Assembly (NCBI GenBank): GCA_030613065.1
Contig: JAUWMQ010000002.1
Span: 18,007 to 82,006 of the forward strand
Direction: 5' to 3'
Source: Candidatus Aegiribacteria sp.
Lineage (GTDB): Bacteria; Fermentibacterota; Fermentibacteria; Fermentibacterales; JCC-6
DNA length: 64,000 nucleotides
In this document: one piece after another, positions 10,784-20,751 of the stretch
Layout of the letters: each line of letters begins with the position of its first letter
Position numbering within the stretch: the stretch's first letter is position 1
Translations under genes and position numbers: made by a program
Notes under the pieces: model-generated
The model's database searches: none
What the model saw: the letters and a program-made list of their open reading frames with translations, nothing else
What the model was told of the DNA's origin: nothing

Positions 10784-11777
10784 TCCCGAAATTGGATCAT
10801 TGAAGAACTTAGCTATCGTTTCTACCGGGGGAACAATAGAAATGCTGTCTGATGGTGGAGGCCTTGATATCTACGACAGCCACAACCCCCTTCCCATTCA
10901 GGGAAATGTAGTTCCTTCTTCCGTTAACGTTGAACATATCAGATTCTGTAGCCTTCCAAGCCCGGCAATTACACCCGAAATAATGGCCCGGCTCATCCTG
11001 AAGCTGGAGGAAGTGGCCTTAAGCGGAAGGTACCACGGGATCGTAGTTACCCACGGAACAGATACATTGGAGGAAAGCGCCTTTCTTGCCGATATTTACC
11101 TCAGGAGTACCGTTCCGGTTGTCTTTACCGCTGCTATGAGAAGCCCATCCGAAATGGGGGTTGATGGTCCCGGTAACATCAGAGGAGCTTTGCTGACCGC
11201 TTCAAAGCACGAAGTTCATGAATTGGGAGTTACTGTAGTTCTTAACGATGAAATTCACTCAGCCAGCAGGGTAACAAAAACGTATACAAGTAACGTAAGC
11301 AGCTTCAAATCACCGGGTTACGGTCCATTAGGGTTTGTTGACCAGGATAGGATAATGCTTCATCGAAAGCCAATATTGAGAATTCAGTTGCCGGAATGCA
11401 AACTGAAACTGGACCAGAGAGTAGGATTGGTCAGAACAGCTGCGGGGCTGGGGGCCAGAGAAATCAGATACTGTATTGACTGTGGTGACAGAGCGCTGGT
11501 CGTGGAAGCCCTTGGAAGGGGAAACGTACCTCCTGATGTTGCAGATGCTATCCAGTATGCTGTTGAGAAGGGAACAATTGTCTGCATAACAAGCAGATGT
11601 TATATCGGAAGGGTGCTGGGAGTGTATAACTATCCCGGAGGAGGCGCTGACCTTGAGAAAAGAGGGGCCATTCTTGCGGGTGATATGCAGGGGCACAAGC
11701 TCAGGCTTTTACTGATGGCATCGCTGGGCATAGGCCTGAACATAAAGAATATTCGAGAATTACTGGAAAGGTTTTGA
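10761..11777 (+). CDS. ansA: L-asparaginase (type I asparaginase/glutaminase family)
   Basis: Contains the N-terminal threonine motif LAIVSTGGTIEM and the second motif VVTHGTDTLEESAF. The 338-aa length fits the family. Confidence 0.85.
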   Translation: MTDYSIHDPEIGSLKNLAIVSTGGTIEMLSDGGGLDIYDSHNPLPIQGNVVPSSVNVEHIRFCSLPSPAITPEIMARLILKLEEVALSGRYHGIVVTHGTDTLEESAFLADIYLRSTVPVVFTAAMRSPSEMGVDGPGNIRGALLTASKHEVHELGVTVVLNDEIHSASRVTKTYTSNVSSFKSPGYGPLGFVDQDRIMLHRKPILRIQLPECKLKLDQRVGLVRTAAGLGAREIRYCIDCGDRALVVEALGRGNVPPDVADAIQYAVEKGTIVCITSRCYIGRVLGVYNYPGGGADLEKRGAILAGDMQGHKLRLLLMASLGIGLNIKNIRELLERF

Positions 11778-11854
11778 TGGAGAGGGACTTTATTGACAAG
11801 CAAGAACCCTTTGGCTTAGTTTACCGCATGCGGTACAGGAACAGGCAGGTGTAA

Positions 11855-12205
11855 ATGCCTGAAAAGGGTTTCACGGCAACGTTTATCTCTAATACAGGTA
11901 AAACAGTCCGCCAGTTTAAGGTAAGCGGCTGGAAGCTCTATCTTGCGAGATTTTTCATGGCCCTGATAGTGCTGCTTTTATCGTCAGCTGTAATAATCGT
12001 AACATATGGACTGATAAACGCCGGAAATATAGCGCTACTGAGAAGTGAGATGTTGCAGTTGCAGGATTCCCTTGCCACAAGAAGGAATATTGAAGTAAGA
12101 CTGGAAAATCTAGAAAGCGAGATTCAGCAGCTGCAGGAATACAGGCAGAGGCTGGAGAACATATTATCAGGAATCCCCGTATTGGAGGATTCGCTAGAGC
12201 AATAG
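11855..12205 (+). CDS. Membrane-anchored coiled-coil protein (single TM plus heptad-rich tail), likely a bactofilin partner
   Basis: A hydrophobic segment FFMALIVLLLSSAVIIVTYGLI is followed by a coiled-coil-like tail (LQLQDSLATRRNIEVRLENLESEIQQLQEYRQRLE). Its stop abuts the bactofilin start. Confidence 0.4.
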   Translation: MPEKGFTATFISNTGKTVRQFKVSGWKLYLARFFMALIVLLLSSAVIIVTYGLINAGNIALLRSEMLQLQDSLATRRNIEVRLENLESEIQQLQEYRQRLENILSGIPVLEDSLEQ

Positions 12206-12585
12206 TGGAAGTGAGGAAACCGAAGGACATGTCTAAAAATGAAATAACCTCCACGATAGATTCCATTCTTGGCTCCGGGAGTCTATGCAAGGGTTCTATC
12301 AGGGTAGACGGCGGTCTCAGGGTCGATGGTACAATAGATGGAGAAGTTGTGGTTACCAGAACACTGACCGTCGGCCGTGAAGGAGTAATAACTGGAGATG
12401 TCACTGTAGGTCAGGCCATTGTAGGCGGTAAGATACAGGGCACAATCAGAGCCGAGCATCAGCTGGAGCTGCAGAGCGGGTCGAGTCTTGAGGGAGATAT
12501 TTTCACACGCGCTCTGATTATTGAGGATGGAGTTTTCTTCGAAGGATCATGCAAAATGAGCCGTGGCAACGATTCGGATGCTTAA
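12205..12585 (+). CDS. Bactofilin (polymer-forming cytoskeletal protein, DUF583)
   Basis: Repetitive beta-helical glycine/valine pattern GSIRVDGGLRVDGTIDGEVVVTRTLTVGREGVITGDVTVGQAIVGGKIQGTIRA, which is diagnostic of the bactofilin domain. Confidence 0.75.
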   Translation: MEVRKPKDMSKNEITSTIDSILGSGSLCKGSIRVDGGLRVDGTIDGEVVVTRTLTVGREGVITGDVTVGQAIVGGKIQGTIRAEHQLELQSGSSLEGDIFTRALIIEDGVFFEGSCKMSRGNDSDA

Positions 12586-12778
12586 TATTGAAAATGTGGA
12601 AAACTTCACAAAAAAGTGGATAACTCTGTAATAGGTTAGCATACAATAATTTACAAAATCACTTAAAGTAGCTTCATAAGTAATATCCACAACAGACTCT
12701 GTTATGGAGGTATAGCGCAAATCGAGGCACCAGGTACCCTGTGCTGTATCGTGATTCATCCTAAAAGGGAGGTAATAA

Positions 12779-13102
12779 ATGTCAAAGCTGGGGGAACTTC
12801 GCAGGGAAGAGGAGATAGCTCAGCTGGAGCTGGAAAAGGCGGAGAAGGAAGCCCAGAGAATAAAAATGTCCGTACAGGACCTGATGGACGAACAGAGTAG
12901 TGAAAGAGACGAACAACTGAAGAAAATCACACTGCTTGCCGAAGTTGAAGTAGAAAAGAAAATTATCGAGTTGTCAGAAAAACTGACTGTCGAAACGAAA
13001 GAGAAACTCAGTCAACTTGAAGAAAAGAAAGAAGTTCTTGAGAAAGCCGCGACCGAAAGCCTCAAGGAATACATCCTGAGAAGCGGGAGTCAGGGCAGAT
13101 GA
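12779..13102 (+). CDS. V/A-type ATPase peripheral-stalk subunit (G/H-like), coiled coil
   Basis: 107 aa, highly charged helical sequence (EEEIAQLELEKAEKEAQRIKM...). It is the first gene of the V-ATPase operon and is translationally coupled to subunit I. Confidence 0.5.
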   Translation: MSKLGELRREEEIAQLELEKAEKEAQRIKMSVQDLMDEQSSERDEQLKKITLLAEVEVEKKIIELSEKLTVETKEKLSQLEEKKEVLEKAATESLKEYILRSGSQGR

Positions 13103-15126
13103 GTCTGGATGCAATTTCCAAGATAGAGGTTCTGTGTCATTCGCTGAGAAGGGAAATGGTACTCAATATCATTGAAGCCTCGGGGAAAGTTCATCTTATA
13201 GATCTGTCTGAATTAGATATACCCGAAAAGGAAAAATTCCTGATACCCGCCAGTTTGAATACAGAAGAGATGGTTGAGGAAATTTCCAGCCTTGAAAAAG
13301 CTATTCTATTTCTTCAGGAGGAAACCGCAGGTGAAGTTGAAGCACCCCGCTCATCTGTAACTTCAATAAAAGAAGAAGAGCTTATGCGCCTCCTTGATGA
13401 TAAGCGACTGCTTGAAGAAGCAAGAAGAGCCTGGTTCGTAGCCATTCAGAAAACCAAACTCGAGGGAGCTGAGAAGGAACTGCTGCAGGAGGAGGAATTC
13501 CTTCTATACTGGCAGGAGCTTCCTGTTACCTTTGACGAACTCCGCCGAAAAAGCGACTGCTGCATGGTTGCGGGATTACTTGAAAAGGAAGCGATTGAGA
13601 AAGCGCATCTTCTTGAGAAGGATATTCCGCTGTTCCATCTTGAGATTATTTATAGAGATAAGAAATTGGAGAAGGTGATTGCCGTTACCCATGAATCGGT
13701 AACCAGGGAAGTAATGCAGGCTCTGGGAGAGCTCGGGTTCTCACACCAGGATTTTGGTACACGAACGGGAATGGTTACTGAACAACTGGAAATAGTCCAC
13801 CGGGAAATAGAGCTTATAAGAAAAAGAATGTCGGCGCTTCATATCAGGGCTGTCAGACTCGCATCTGAAATAGGCAGATTCCGTATTCTTCTTGATGCAG
13901 CAGGTTTGCTTCTTGAGCGGACTGTCGCGACAAGATCCGCTTACTCAAGCTCTCATGTTTACCTGTTCAGAGCGTGGATACGCACGGCTGACCTGAAGGA
14001 CTTCAACATAAGGCTGTCACAGCTTGGCGAAGTTGCGGTTGAGGAGATTGAACCGGAAGAGGGAGAAATACCTCCATCACCATTGACAGAAAAAACTCCG
14101 GCAGCGCCCTATACCATACTTACCGACATGTACGGCCAGCCTACAAGAAAAGACCCGGATCCAACACCTTTGATGGCACCGTTCTATGCTCTTTTCTTCG
14201 GAATCTGCATTGGAGATGCCGGTTACGGGATAGCACTTGCACTGGGCTGTGCCGCGGGGTGGTACATCGTCCGGAGAAGACACGGAAATCCGAGGCTGTT
14301 CCAGCTTCTTTTCCAGGGAGGGCTCGCCAGCATTATTGTTGGTATTTTTCTCGGAGGCTGGTTCGGTATACCATATGGCAGCCTGCCGGGATTCCTTCAG
14401 GCACCTGCTGACCTGTTAAACAGCCTGATCCCCGGATATCAACCTGGACAATCCGGACAGGAAGGTTTCGGAGTATCCAAGCAGTTCCTTTATCTGACGC
14501 TTGGGTTGGGACTTCTGCAACTGACTGCTGGAATAATAATTAACCTGGTGAAAAGATGGAAAGCAGGCGAAAAGTTCGCAGCGGTAGTTGATCAGTCCGG
14601 CTGGCTGCTTGCCACGGCGGGTCTTTTTCCATGGCTGTTCAACCATTATCTGATGAATGGAGCTCTATATGATCTGAATGGCCCGCTGGACAAGGTTTTC
14701 ATTTACATGCTTGCAGCTGGTTCCTTACTGATCTTTATCATGGGCGGGCGCGAGGCGAAGGGATTCGGTAAAATAGGTCTTGGAGCTTATGCGATGTACG
14801 GTATAGTCAATCTTCTCGGGGACGTGCTCTCGTACTCAAGGCTTTTCGCCCTGGCCCTTTCGAGCGCCATAATAGCACAGGTTATCAACCAGATAGCGGG
14901 AATGTTGCTGCATCAGTTGGGAATTCCAGTGCTTGGCATCGTACTTGCAGCTATTGTGGTTATCGGAGGGCATACATTCAACATTGCCATGGCAGCCCTC
15001 AGCGGCTTCATTCATACGGCAAGGTTGCAGTTTGTTGAGTTCTTTGGAAAATTCTACGATGGAACCGGGGTGCCATTCAAACCTCTTAGATACGAACCCA
15101 AATATGTACACATTGAAAGAGAATAA
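13099..15126 (+). CDS. atpI: V-type ATPase subunit I (a-subunit homolog)
   Basis: 675 aa with a soluble N-terminal half and a polytopic C-terminal membrane half (LFFGICIGDAGYG, RLFALALSSAIIAQVIN). It has the operon position expected for subunit I. Confidence 0.85.
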   Translation: MSLDAISKIEVLCHSLRREMVLNIIEASGKVHLIDLSELDIPEKEKFLIPASLNTEEMVEEISSLEKAILFLQEETAGEVEAPRSSVTSIKEEELMRLLDDKRLLEEARRAWFVAIQKTKLEGAEKELLQEEEFLLYWQELPVTFDELRRKSDCCMVAGLLEKEAIEKAHLLEKDIPLFHLEIIYRDKKLEKVIAVTHESVTREVMQALGELGFSHQDFGTRTGMVTEQLEIVHREIELIRKRMSALHIRAVRLASEIGRFRILLDAAGLLLERTVATRSAYSSSHVYLFRAWIRTADLKDFNIRLSQLGEVAVEEIEPEEGEIPPSPLTEKTPAAPYTILTDMYGQPTRKDPDPTPLMAPFYALFFGICIGDAGYGIALALGCAAGWYIVRRRHGNPRLFQLLFQGGLASIIVGIFLGGWFGIPYGSLPGFLQAPADLLNSLIPGYQPGQSGQEGFGVSKQFLYLTLGLGLLQLTAGIIINLVKRWKAGEKFAAVVDQSGWLLATAGLFPWLFNHYLMNGALYDLNGPLDKVFIYMLAAGSLLIFIMGGREAKGFGKIGLGAYAMYGIVNLLGDVLSYSRLFALALSSAIIAQVINQIAGMLLHQLGIPVLGIVLAAIVVIGGHTFNIAMAALSGFIHTARLQFVEFFGKFYDGTGVPFKPLRYEPKYVHIERE

Positions 15127-15163
15127 GAATATAGCTCTTATTAGGAATGAAGGGAGACAATAA

Positions 15164-15613
15164 TTGGAACAGCTCGTAGCATACATGGGAGTAGCCCTGG
15201 CCTGCGCACTTGCGGGGATTGGATCAGCGGTTGGAGTTGGGATAGCTGCCCAGGCCAGCACGGGGGTAATGAGCGTAGATCCCGGTAAATTCGGAAAACT
15301 CCTTCTTCTGTCGGCGTTACCTGGAACCCAGGGAATATACGGTTTTGTAATTGCCTTCCTTCTGCTTGGGAAAGTTACCCCGGGGATGGATATGAATGTA
15401 GCATGGCAAATATTCACAGCGGGTCTTCCAATCGCTCTTGCCGGATTGTTCTCAGGAATTCATCAGGGGAAGGTATGTGCTGGCGGCGCCATGATGACAG
15501 CAAAGCAGCCTGATGATTCCGCAAAATCCCTCATTCTGGCAGTTTTCGTTGAGTTTTATGCAATTCTGGGATTCCTGGTTTCATTCCTTATGCTTCAGGG
15601 CATAGGAGGGTAG
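15164..15613 (+). CDS. atpK: V-type ATPase subunit K (proteolipid c-ring)
   Basis: 149 aa of Gly/Ala-rich hairpins (GIGSAVGVGIAAQASTG; GLPIALAGLFSGIHQGKVCAGG) typical of a duplicated V-type proteolipid. Confidence 0.85.
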   Translation: MEQLVAYMGVALACALAGIGSAVGVGIAAQASTGVMSVDPGKFGKLLLLSALPGTQGIYGFVIAFLLLGKVTPGMDMNVAWQIFTAGLPIALAGLFSGIHQGKVCAGGAMMTAKQPDDSAKSLILAVFVEFYAILGFLVSFLMLQGIGG

Positions 15614-15620
15614 CGAGAAA

Positions 15621-16208
15621 ATGTCTCTCGAAGCAATCCTTTCAAAGATAGAGGGAGAGGCCAGGCGGAAGTCGGAGGAGATCAGGGAGGCTGCCGAGGA
15701 AAAGAAGATTGCAGCTCTCAAGGAACATGCTGAAGTGTTAAAAGCAAAACACATCAGGGATGTTGAAAAAATAAGATCTGCTATTGAAGAAGAACAGAAG
15801 AGAAAAGAATTCCACGTTCGCAGGGAAGCAGCCAGGAAGATATCGAACGCCAGAAGAGCCATGATGGATGAAGCAATCGGAAAAGCGGCAGGCAATCTGG
15901 CTTCAGCAGGCGATGAAGAGTATCTTGAGATGATATCATCCCTCCTGAAAGCCTGCGATCTGAAAGGAAAAGTAGAGGTTGTAATATCCTCCGCTGATGA
16001 ATCGCGCATAACTTCCGGTTACCTCAGAAAACACTCGGGTGACGGTCGAGAATTCATTCTCTCTGAAGAAAGAGACGAAGAGATTGCGGGGATTATCTTA
16101 AAATCCGGTAAGATCAGCCAGAACGGGACCTTTCAAATGATAGCCGAGCTTGCCCACGAAGATATAGTGATGATGCTTTCCGGTCTCATTCCACTCGAAA
16201 AGAACTGA
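15621..16208 (+). CDS. atpE: V-type ATPase subunit E
   Basis: 195 aa with a charged N-terminal helix (EARRKSEEIREAAEEKKIAALKEHAEVLKAKH) and a globular C-terminus. Placed by operon order. Confidence 0.7.
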   Translation: MSLEAILSKIEGEARRKSEEIREAAEEKKIAALKEHAEVLKAKHIRDVEKIRSAIEEEQKRKEFHVRREAARKISNARRAMMDEAIGKAAGNLASAGDEEYLEMISSLLKACDLKGKVEVVISSADESRITSGYLRKHSGDGREFILSEERDEEIAGIILKSGKISQNGTFQMIAELAHEDIVMMLSGLIPLEKN

Positions 16209-16209
16209 G

Positions 16210-17184
16210 ATGGCAGACAGTTTCATCTATGCCAATGGCAGAATAAGCGGGGAGGAAACAACCCTTCTGGACCAGCGAATGTGGCAGATGCTCATGTCAT
16301 CCGGCAATGAAGAAGAAGCGATGAGACTTCTCGGTGATACCTGGTACGGTAGTTTTATGCAGTACCATTCCATGGAGGATTGTTTCATCAAAGCCATGGA
16401 ATCAACAGAGGATGAACTGATAGAGCTTTCTGAAGACGAAAGACTCGTAAGGGGTATTCTTCATCGCAGAGACGTGAGAAACGCAAGGTATATATGGAAG
16501 AAGATCCTTTCAGGGGGTAGTTCGGAGGACAAGATAGAGATTGAACGGCCAGGGCTGATAGAGACGGAGACCCTCTGGAAAGCTGTTAACTCCAACGAAG
16601 CCCGGGACGAGCTTCCGCCTCTTTTCCTTTTAGCACTGGAGGAACTTCTGGATAATGACAGAGCCGGAACAGCAGAAGTGGACAGAAAGATGGACCGGCT
16701 TGCCGCAGCCGTTGAAAACGATGAGCTCATAGAGATCAACCCCGGCTTCAGAACATTCGTCATGACCAACATTGAACAGAAGAATTTTCTTACAGTCGGA
16801 AGGTGCAGCATTGACGGTGTTTCCAGACAGGAAGCGTGCGAAATGCTTTTTCCCGGGGGATATCATACGGAAGATGAAATAGCGGAAGCCTATCAACGGA
16901 GAATGTTGCCCGATCTGCTCACGGAAACTCCGGGGTTTGACGGAATTGGAGCGGCATTCGAGGAGGCTCTTGAGACAGGTTTCTTTTCAGGATTCGAGAA
17001 GGAATGTGACAGGAGGCTGCTTGAATTGCTTGAAAAGGGAGCTTCTCCTGTCTTCGGCCCTTCCCCGCTGGCAGCTTTCGTGATAAGTCGGGAAATGGAA
17101 ATTAACCACCTCAGGTTGCTTCTTGCCGCGAAATCCGCCGGTGTAAGCGAAGACAGGCTCAAGAAACGATTGCCGCGTGGATAG
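16210..17184 (+). CDS. atpC: V-type ATPase subunit C
   Basis: 324 aa, placed by operon order between E and F. The start is coupled to the E stop. Confidence 0.65.
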   Translation: MADSFIYANGRISGEETTLLDQRMWQMLMSSGNEEEAMRLLGDTWYGSFMQYHSMEDCFIKAMESTEDELIELSEDERLVRGILHRRDVRNARYIWKKILSGGSSEDKIEIERPGLIETETLWKAVNSNEARDELPPLFLLALEELLDNDRAGTAEVDRKMDRLAAAVENDELIEINPGFRTFVMTNIEQKNFLTVGRCSIDGVSRQEACEMLFPGGYHTEDEIAEAYQRRMLPDLLTETPGFDGIGAAFEEALETGFFSGFEKECDRRLLELLEKGASPVFGPSPLAAFVISREMEINHLRLLLAAKSAGVSEDRLKKRLPRG

Positions 17185-17192
17185 GAGACGGA

Positions 17193-17522
17193 ATGGCTGA
17201 AGGCAAGATAGCGTTCATTGGAGACGCAGACTCGGTACTCGGATTCCGGGCACTGGGCGTGGAAACAGTAGTCCCGGAAGACCCCGAGGAAGCCAGGGAA
17301 CAATTTGCAAGGCTTGTAAAGGAGAGGACCTCAATCATCATGATAACCGAAAACATGATTGACCATCTCCAGGAACAGATAGACGAAACGGTTCATATGG
17401 CAATACCCTCAGTTGTTGTTCTTCCTGGAATAACTGGCACTCAGAAACGGGGAGAAGATACGATAAGGGAGCTTATCATAAGGGCGGTCGGTGTTGATCT
17501 CATGTCAGAAGAACTGAAATGA
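17193..17522 (+). CDS. atpF: V-type ATPase subunit F
   Basis: 109 aa beginning KIAFIGDADSVLGFRALGVETV, which is characteristic of V-type subunit F. Confidence 0.75.
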   Translation: MAEGKIAFIGDADSVLGFRALGVETVVPEDPEEAREQFARLVKERTSIIMITENMIDHLQEQIDETVHMAIPSVVVLPGITGTQKRGEDTIRELIIRAVGVDLMSEELK

Positions 17523-17571
17523 CAACGAATTTAAAACCCGCTGAAAACCCGCAACACACCGGAGGCGACGG

Positions 17572-19341
17572 ATGATAAGGGGAACGATTGACAAAATAGC
17601 TGGTCCGCTGGTTGTTGCGGACGGAATGAAGGATGCCAGGATGTACGACCTGGTGTACGTATCCGATTATAAATTAATAGGGGAAATAATAGAGCTTAAG
17701 GGTTCTAAAGCATCGATTCAGGTCTACGAGGAAACCGGAGGTCTTAAACCGGGTGATCCAGTGATAGCTACCGGAGAACCCCTCTCAGTTGAACTTGGCC
17801 CTGGCCTTGTAACTGCCATATATGACGGGATTCAGCGGCCCCTTGATGAAATACGCAAGGAGGCGGGTGACTGGATTACAAGGGGAATCAGCATAAGAGG
17901 TCTTGATCATAAGAAGGAGTGGGATTTCAAACCTGCTGCAGCCGTTGGCCTGGAAGTATCAGGCGGAGAAGTATTAGGAGAGGTTCCCGAAACAAAACTC
18001 ATCACCCACAAAATCATGGTCCCGCCGGAAGTATCCGGAGAGATTACGTGGATGATAGAGGCCGGTAAGTATAACATCGATACCGTCATAGCAAAGCTGA
18101 AGACCCCTGACGGTCTTACTGTTGAGCTGCCTATGTACCACAACTGGCCTGTAAGAAAGCCAAGGCCCATAGCGGAGAAAATGGCACCTGTGGAACCTCT
18201 TATTACGGGACAGAGGGTCATAGACGCGTTCTTCCCGCTTGGTAAGGGAGGAACGGCATGCGTTCCCGGCCCCTTCGGCAGCGGAAAAACGGTTATCCAG
18301 CACCAGCTTGCCAAATGGGCGGACGCTGAAATGGTGGTTTACGTCGGATGCGGAGAACGAGGCAATGAAATGACCGACGTTCTGCAGGAATTCCCGGAAC
18401 TTGAAGACCCAAAAAGCGGGGAGCCGCTTATTTTCAGAACCGTTCTTGTCGCAAATACCAGCAACATGCCGGTGGCCGCGAGGGAAGCAAGTGTTTATAC
18501 CGGTATAACAATTGGGGAGTATTTCAGGGATATGGGGTATTCCGTTGCACTTATGGCCGATTCTACAAGCAGATGGGCAGAGGCGATGAGGGAGATGTCC
18601 GGAAGGCTTGAGGAGATGCCGGGCGAGGAGGGATATCCCGCATACCTCGGAACCAGGATCGCAGAATTCTACGAACGGGCCGGTAATGTGAAATGTATAG
18701 GAGGGGACAGAAACGGAGCGCTTACAGTGGTTGGGGCGGTGAGTCCTGCAGGCGGAGACCTTTCGGACCCGGTGGTCCAGGCTACTCTCAGGGTTGTTAA
18801 GGTATTCTGGAGCCTCCAGGCGAAGCTGGCTTACGCAAGACATTTCCCTGCAATCGGATGGCTTGACAGCTACTCCCTCTATACGGATAACCTCAAGGAT
18901 TATTACAACGAAGTGCTTGGGGGGGACTGGGTGCCTATGATAAAGGAAGCCATATCCCTGCTTCAGCAGGAAGCTAACCTGCTGGAAATAGCAAGGCTGG
19001 TCGGAGCAGAGTCGCTCTCACCCGAAGACCAGCTTATCCTGTTCACCGCACGGTCTCTCAGAGAGGATTTCCTGCACCAGAATGCCTTCCATGAGGTAGA
19101 CACATACACCTCGATAGTAAAACAGAAGCTAATGATGGAAGTCATAATGCATACAAATGCCGAGATGAAGAAAGCCATCAGAAACGGAGTATCTCCCGGA
19201 GATCTTTTTGATCTCCCCCTCAAGGAGGAGATTGCAAGAATGAGTTACATTCCGGAAAAGGATCTCGACGCGATTGAAGAAATTAATAAACATGTAAACT
19301 CGCAGATCAACGATCTGATCGAGAAAGAACAGACAGCGTAG
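17572..19341 (+). CDS. atpA: V-type ATPase catalytic subunit A
   Basis: 589 aa with Walker A GPFGSGKTV and a non-homologous-region insert typical of A subunits. Confidence 0.95.
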   Translation: MIRGTIDKIAGPLVVADGMKDARMYDLVYVSDYKLIGEIIELKGSKASIQVYEETGGLKPGDPVIATGEPLSVELGPGLVTAIYDGIQRPLDEIRKEAGDWITRGISIRGLDHKKEWDFKPAAAVGLEVSGGEVLGEVPETKLITHKIMVPPEVSGEITWMIEAGKYNIDTVIAKLKTPDGLTVELPMYHNWPVRKPRPIAEKMAPVEPLITGQRVIDAFFPLGKGGTACVPGPFGSGKTVIQHQLAKWADAEMVVYVGCGERGNEMTDVLQEFPELEDPKSGEPLIFRTVLVANTSNMPVAAREASVYTGITIGEYFRDMGYSVALMADSTSRWAEAMREMSGRLEEMPGEEGYPAYLGTRIAEFYERAGNVKCIGGDRNGALTVVGAVSPAGGDLSDPVVQATLRVVKVFWSLQAKLAYARHFPAIGWLDSYSLYTDNLKDYYNEVLGGDWVPMIKEAISLLQQEANLLEIARLVGAESLSPEDQLILFTARSLREDFLHQNAFHEVDTYTSIVKQKLMMEVIMHTNAEMKKAIRNGVSPGDLFDLPLKEEIARMSYIPEKDLDAIEEINKHVNSQINDLIEKEQTA

Positions 19342-19353
19342 GAGGGCGGGGAC

Positions 19354-20751
19354 ATGATAAGAGAATACACTACGACGGTAGAGATATCCGGTCCTCTGAT
19401 GCTGGTAGACAGAGTCGAGGGAGTCGCCTACGAAGAACTGGTCGAGATCGAGCTTCCAAGTGGAGAGATACGCCACGGCAAGGTTCTTGAAATTGACAGC
19501 CGCATGGCTCTGGTTCAGCTCTTTGAGGGCAGCAGCGGAACAGGAATCACAGAAAGCAGGGTGCGCTTCCTCGGCAAACAGGTTGAACTGGGAGTTTCCG
19601 AGGAGATGCTTGGCAGGGTTTTTGACGGCCAGGGAAGACCAAGGGCTCCGTTCGATACTGCACCGCCAATTGTTCCCGAGAAGATGAAGAATATTAACGG
19701 AGCTCCCATTAATCCCTACGCCAGGGATTACCCCGCGGAGTTCATTCAGACTGGCTTCAGCTCAATAGACGGTATTAATACGCTTGTCAGGGGACAGAAA
19801 CTGCCGGTGTTCAGCGGAAGCGGGCTTCCTCACTCAGCCGTCGCCGCACAGATTGCAAGGCAGGCCAGAGTCGTTGGCGAGGGGGAAAGCTTTGCTGTCG
19901 TTTTCGCCGCCATGGGCATAACATTCGAAGAGGCCGATTATTTCATCAGGGATTTCAGAAAGACAGGCGCCATGGACAGGGCTGTAGTGTTCATGAACCT
20001 GGCTAGCGACCCGGCCATTGAACGTATCTCAACTCCAAGAATGGCGCTCACCGCGGCTGAGTACCTCGCATACGAAAAGGACATGCATATCCTTGTCATC
20101 CTGACGGATATGACTAATTATTGCGATGCATTAAGGGAAATATCTGCGGCAAGGAAGGAAGTACCGGGAAGAAGAGGTTATCCTGGATACCTCTACACCG
20201 ACCTTTCCTCAATTTACGAACGGGCCGGAAGGATCAAGGGCAGGAAGGGATCAATAACACAGATCCCCATTCTGACAATGCCCGAAGACGACAAGACACA
20301 TCCCATTCCAGACCTTACAGGGTACATCACGGAGGGACAGCTAATTCTCAACAGGGAACTCCATAAGAAGGGTATCTATCCCCCCATGGATGTGATGGAG
20401 TCACTCTCAAGGCTCAAAGACAAGGGTATCGGGAAAGGTAAGACCCGCGATGACCATGCGGATCTGTTCAACCAGCTGATGGCGGCCTACTCCGCTGGCA
20501 AGGACGCCAGGGAACTTGCTGTAATACTTGGTGCTGCGGCACTGAGCCCCCTTGACCAGAAGTACCTTAAATTCGCCGAAGAGTACGAGAAAAGATACAT
20601 CAGCCAGGGTGAGCACGAGAACAGGAACATAGAAGAGACTCTTGATCTTGGATGGGAGCTTCTGAAGCTTCTGCCAAGGAACGAGATGAAGAGAATAGAC
20701 CCCGGACGGCTCGACAGATACTGGCCCGTTTCGGAGGAAGAGTCCGACTGA
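19354..20751 (+). CDS. atpB: V-type ATPase subunit B
   Basis: 465 aa with a degenerate P-loop region ([19 protein letters not shown]). High similarity pattern to regulatory B subunits. Confidence 0.95.
   Translation: MIREYTTTVEISGPLMLVDRVEGVAYEELVEIELPSGEIRHGKVLEIDSRMALVQLFEGSSGTGITESRVRFLGKQVELGVSEEMLGRVFDGQGRPRAPFDTAPPIVPEKMKNINGAPINPYARDYPAEFIQTGFSSIDGINTLVRGQKLPVFSGSGLPHSAVAAQIARQARVVGEGESFAVVFAAMGITFEEADYFIRDFRKTGAMDRAVVFMNLASDPAIERISTPRMALTAAEYLAYEKDMHILVILTDMTNYCDALREISAARKEVPGRRGYPGYLYTDLSSIYERAGRIKGRKGSITQIPILTMPEDDKTHPIPDLTGYITEGQLILNRELHKKGIYPPMDVMESLSRLKDKGIGKGKTRDDHADLFNQLMAAYSAGKDARELAVILGAAALSPLDQKYLKFAEEYEKRYISQGEHENRNIEETLDLGWELLKLLPRNEMKRIDPGRLDRYWPVSEEESD

Noticed and set aside
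20652-20750. ORF-track start for V-ATPase subunit D, 100 nt inside atpB
   Set aside because: The canonical subunit D N-terminus begins at the ATG at 20751, which overlaps the atpB stop (ATGA-type coupling). The upstream extension encodes an Arg/Glu-rich peptide in a frame overlapping atpB.
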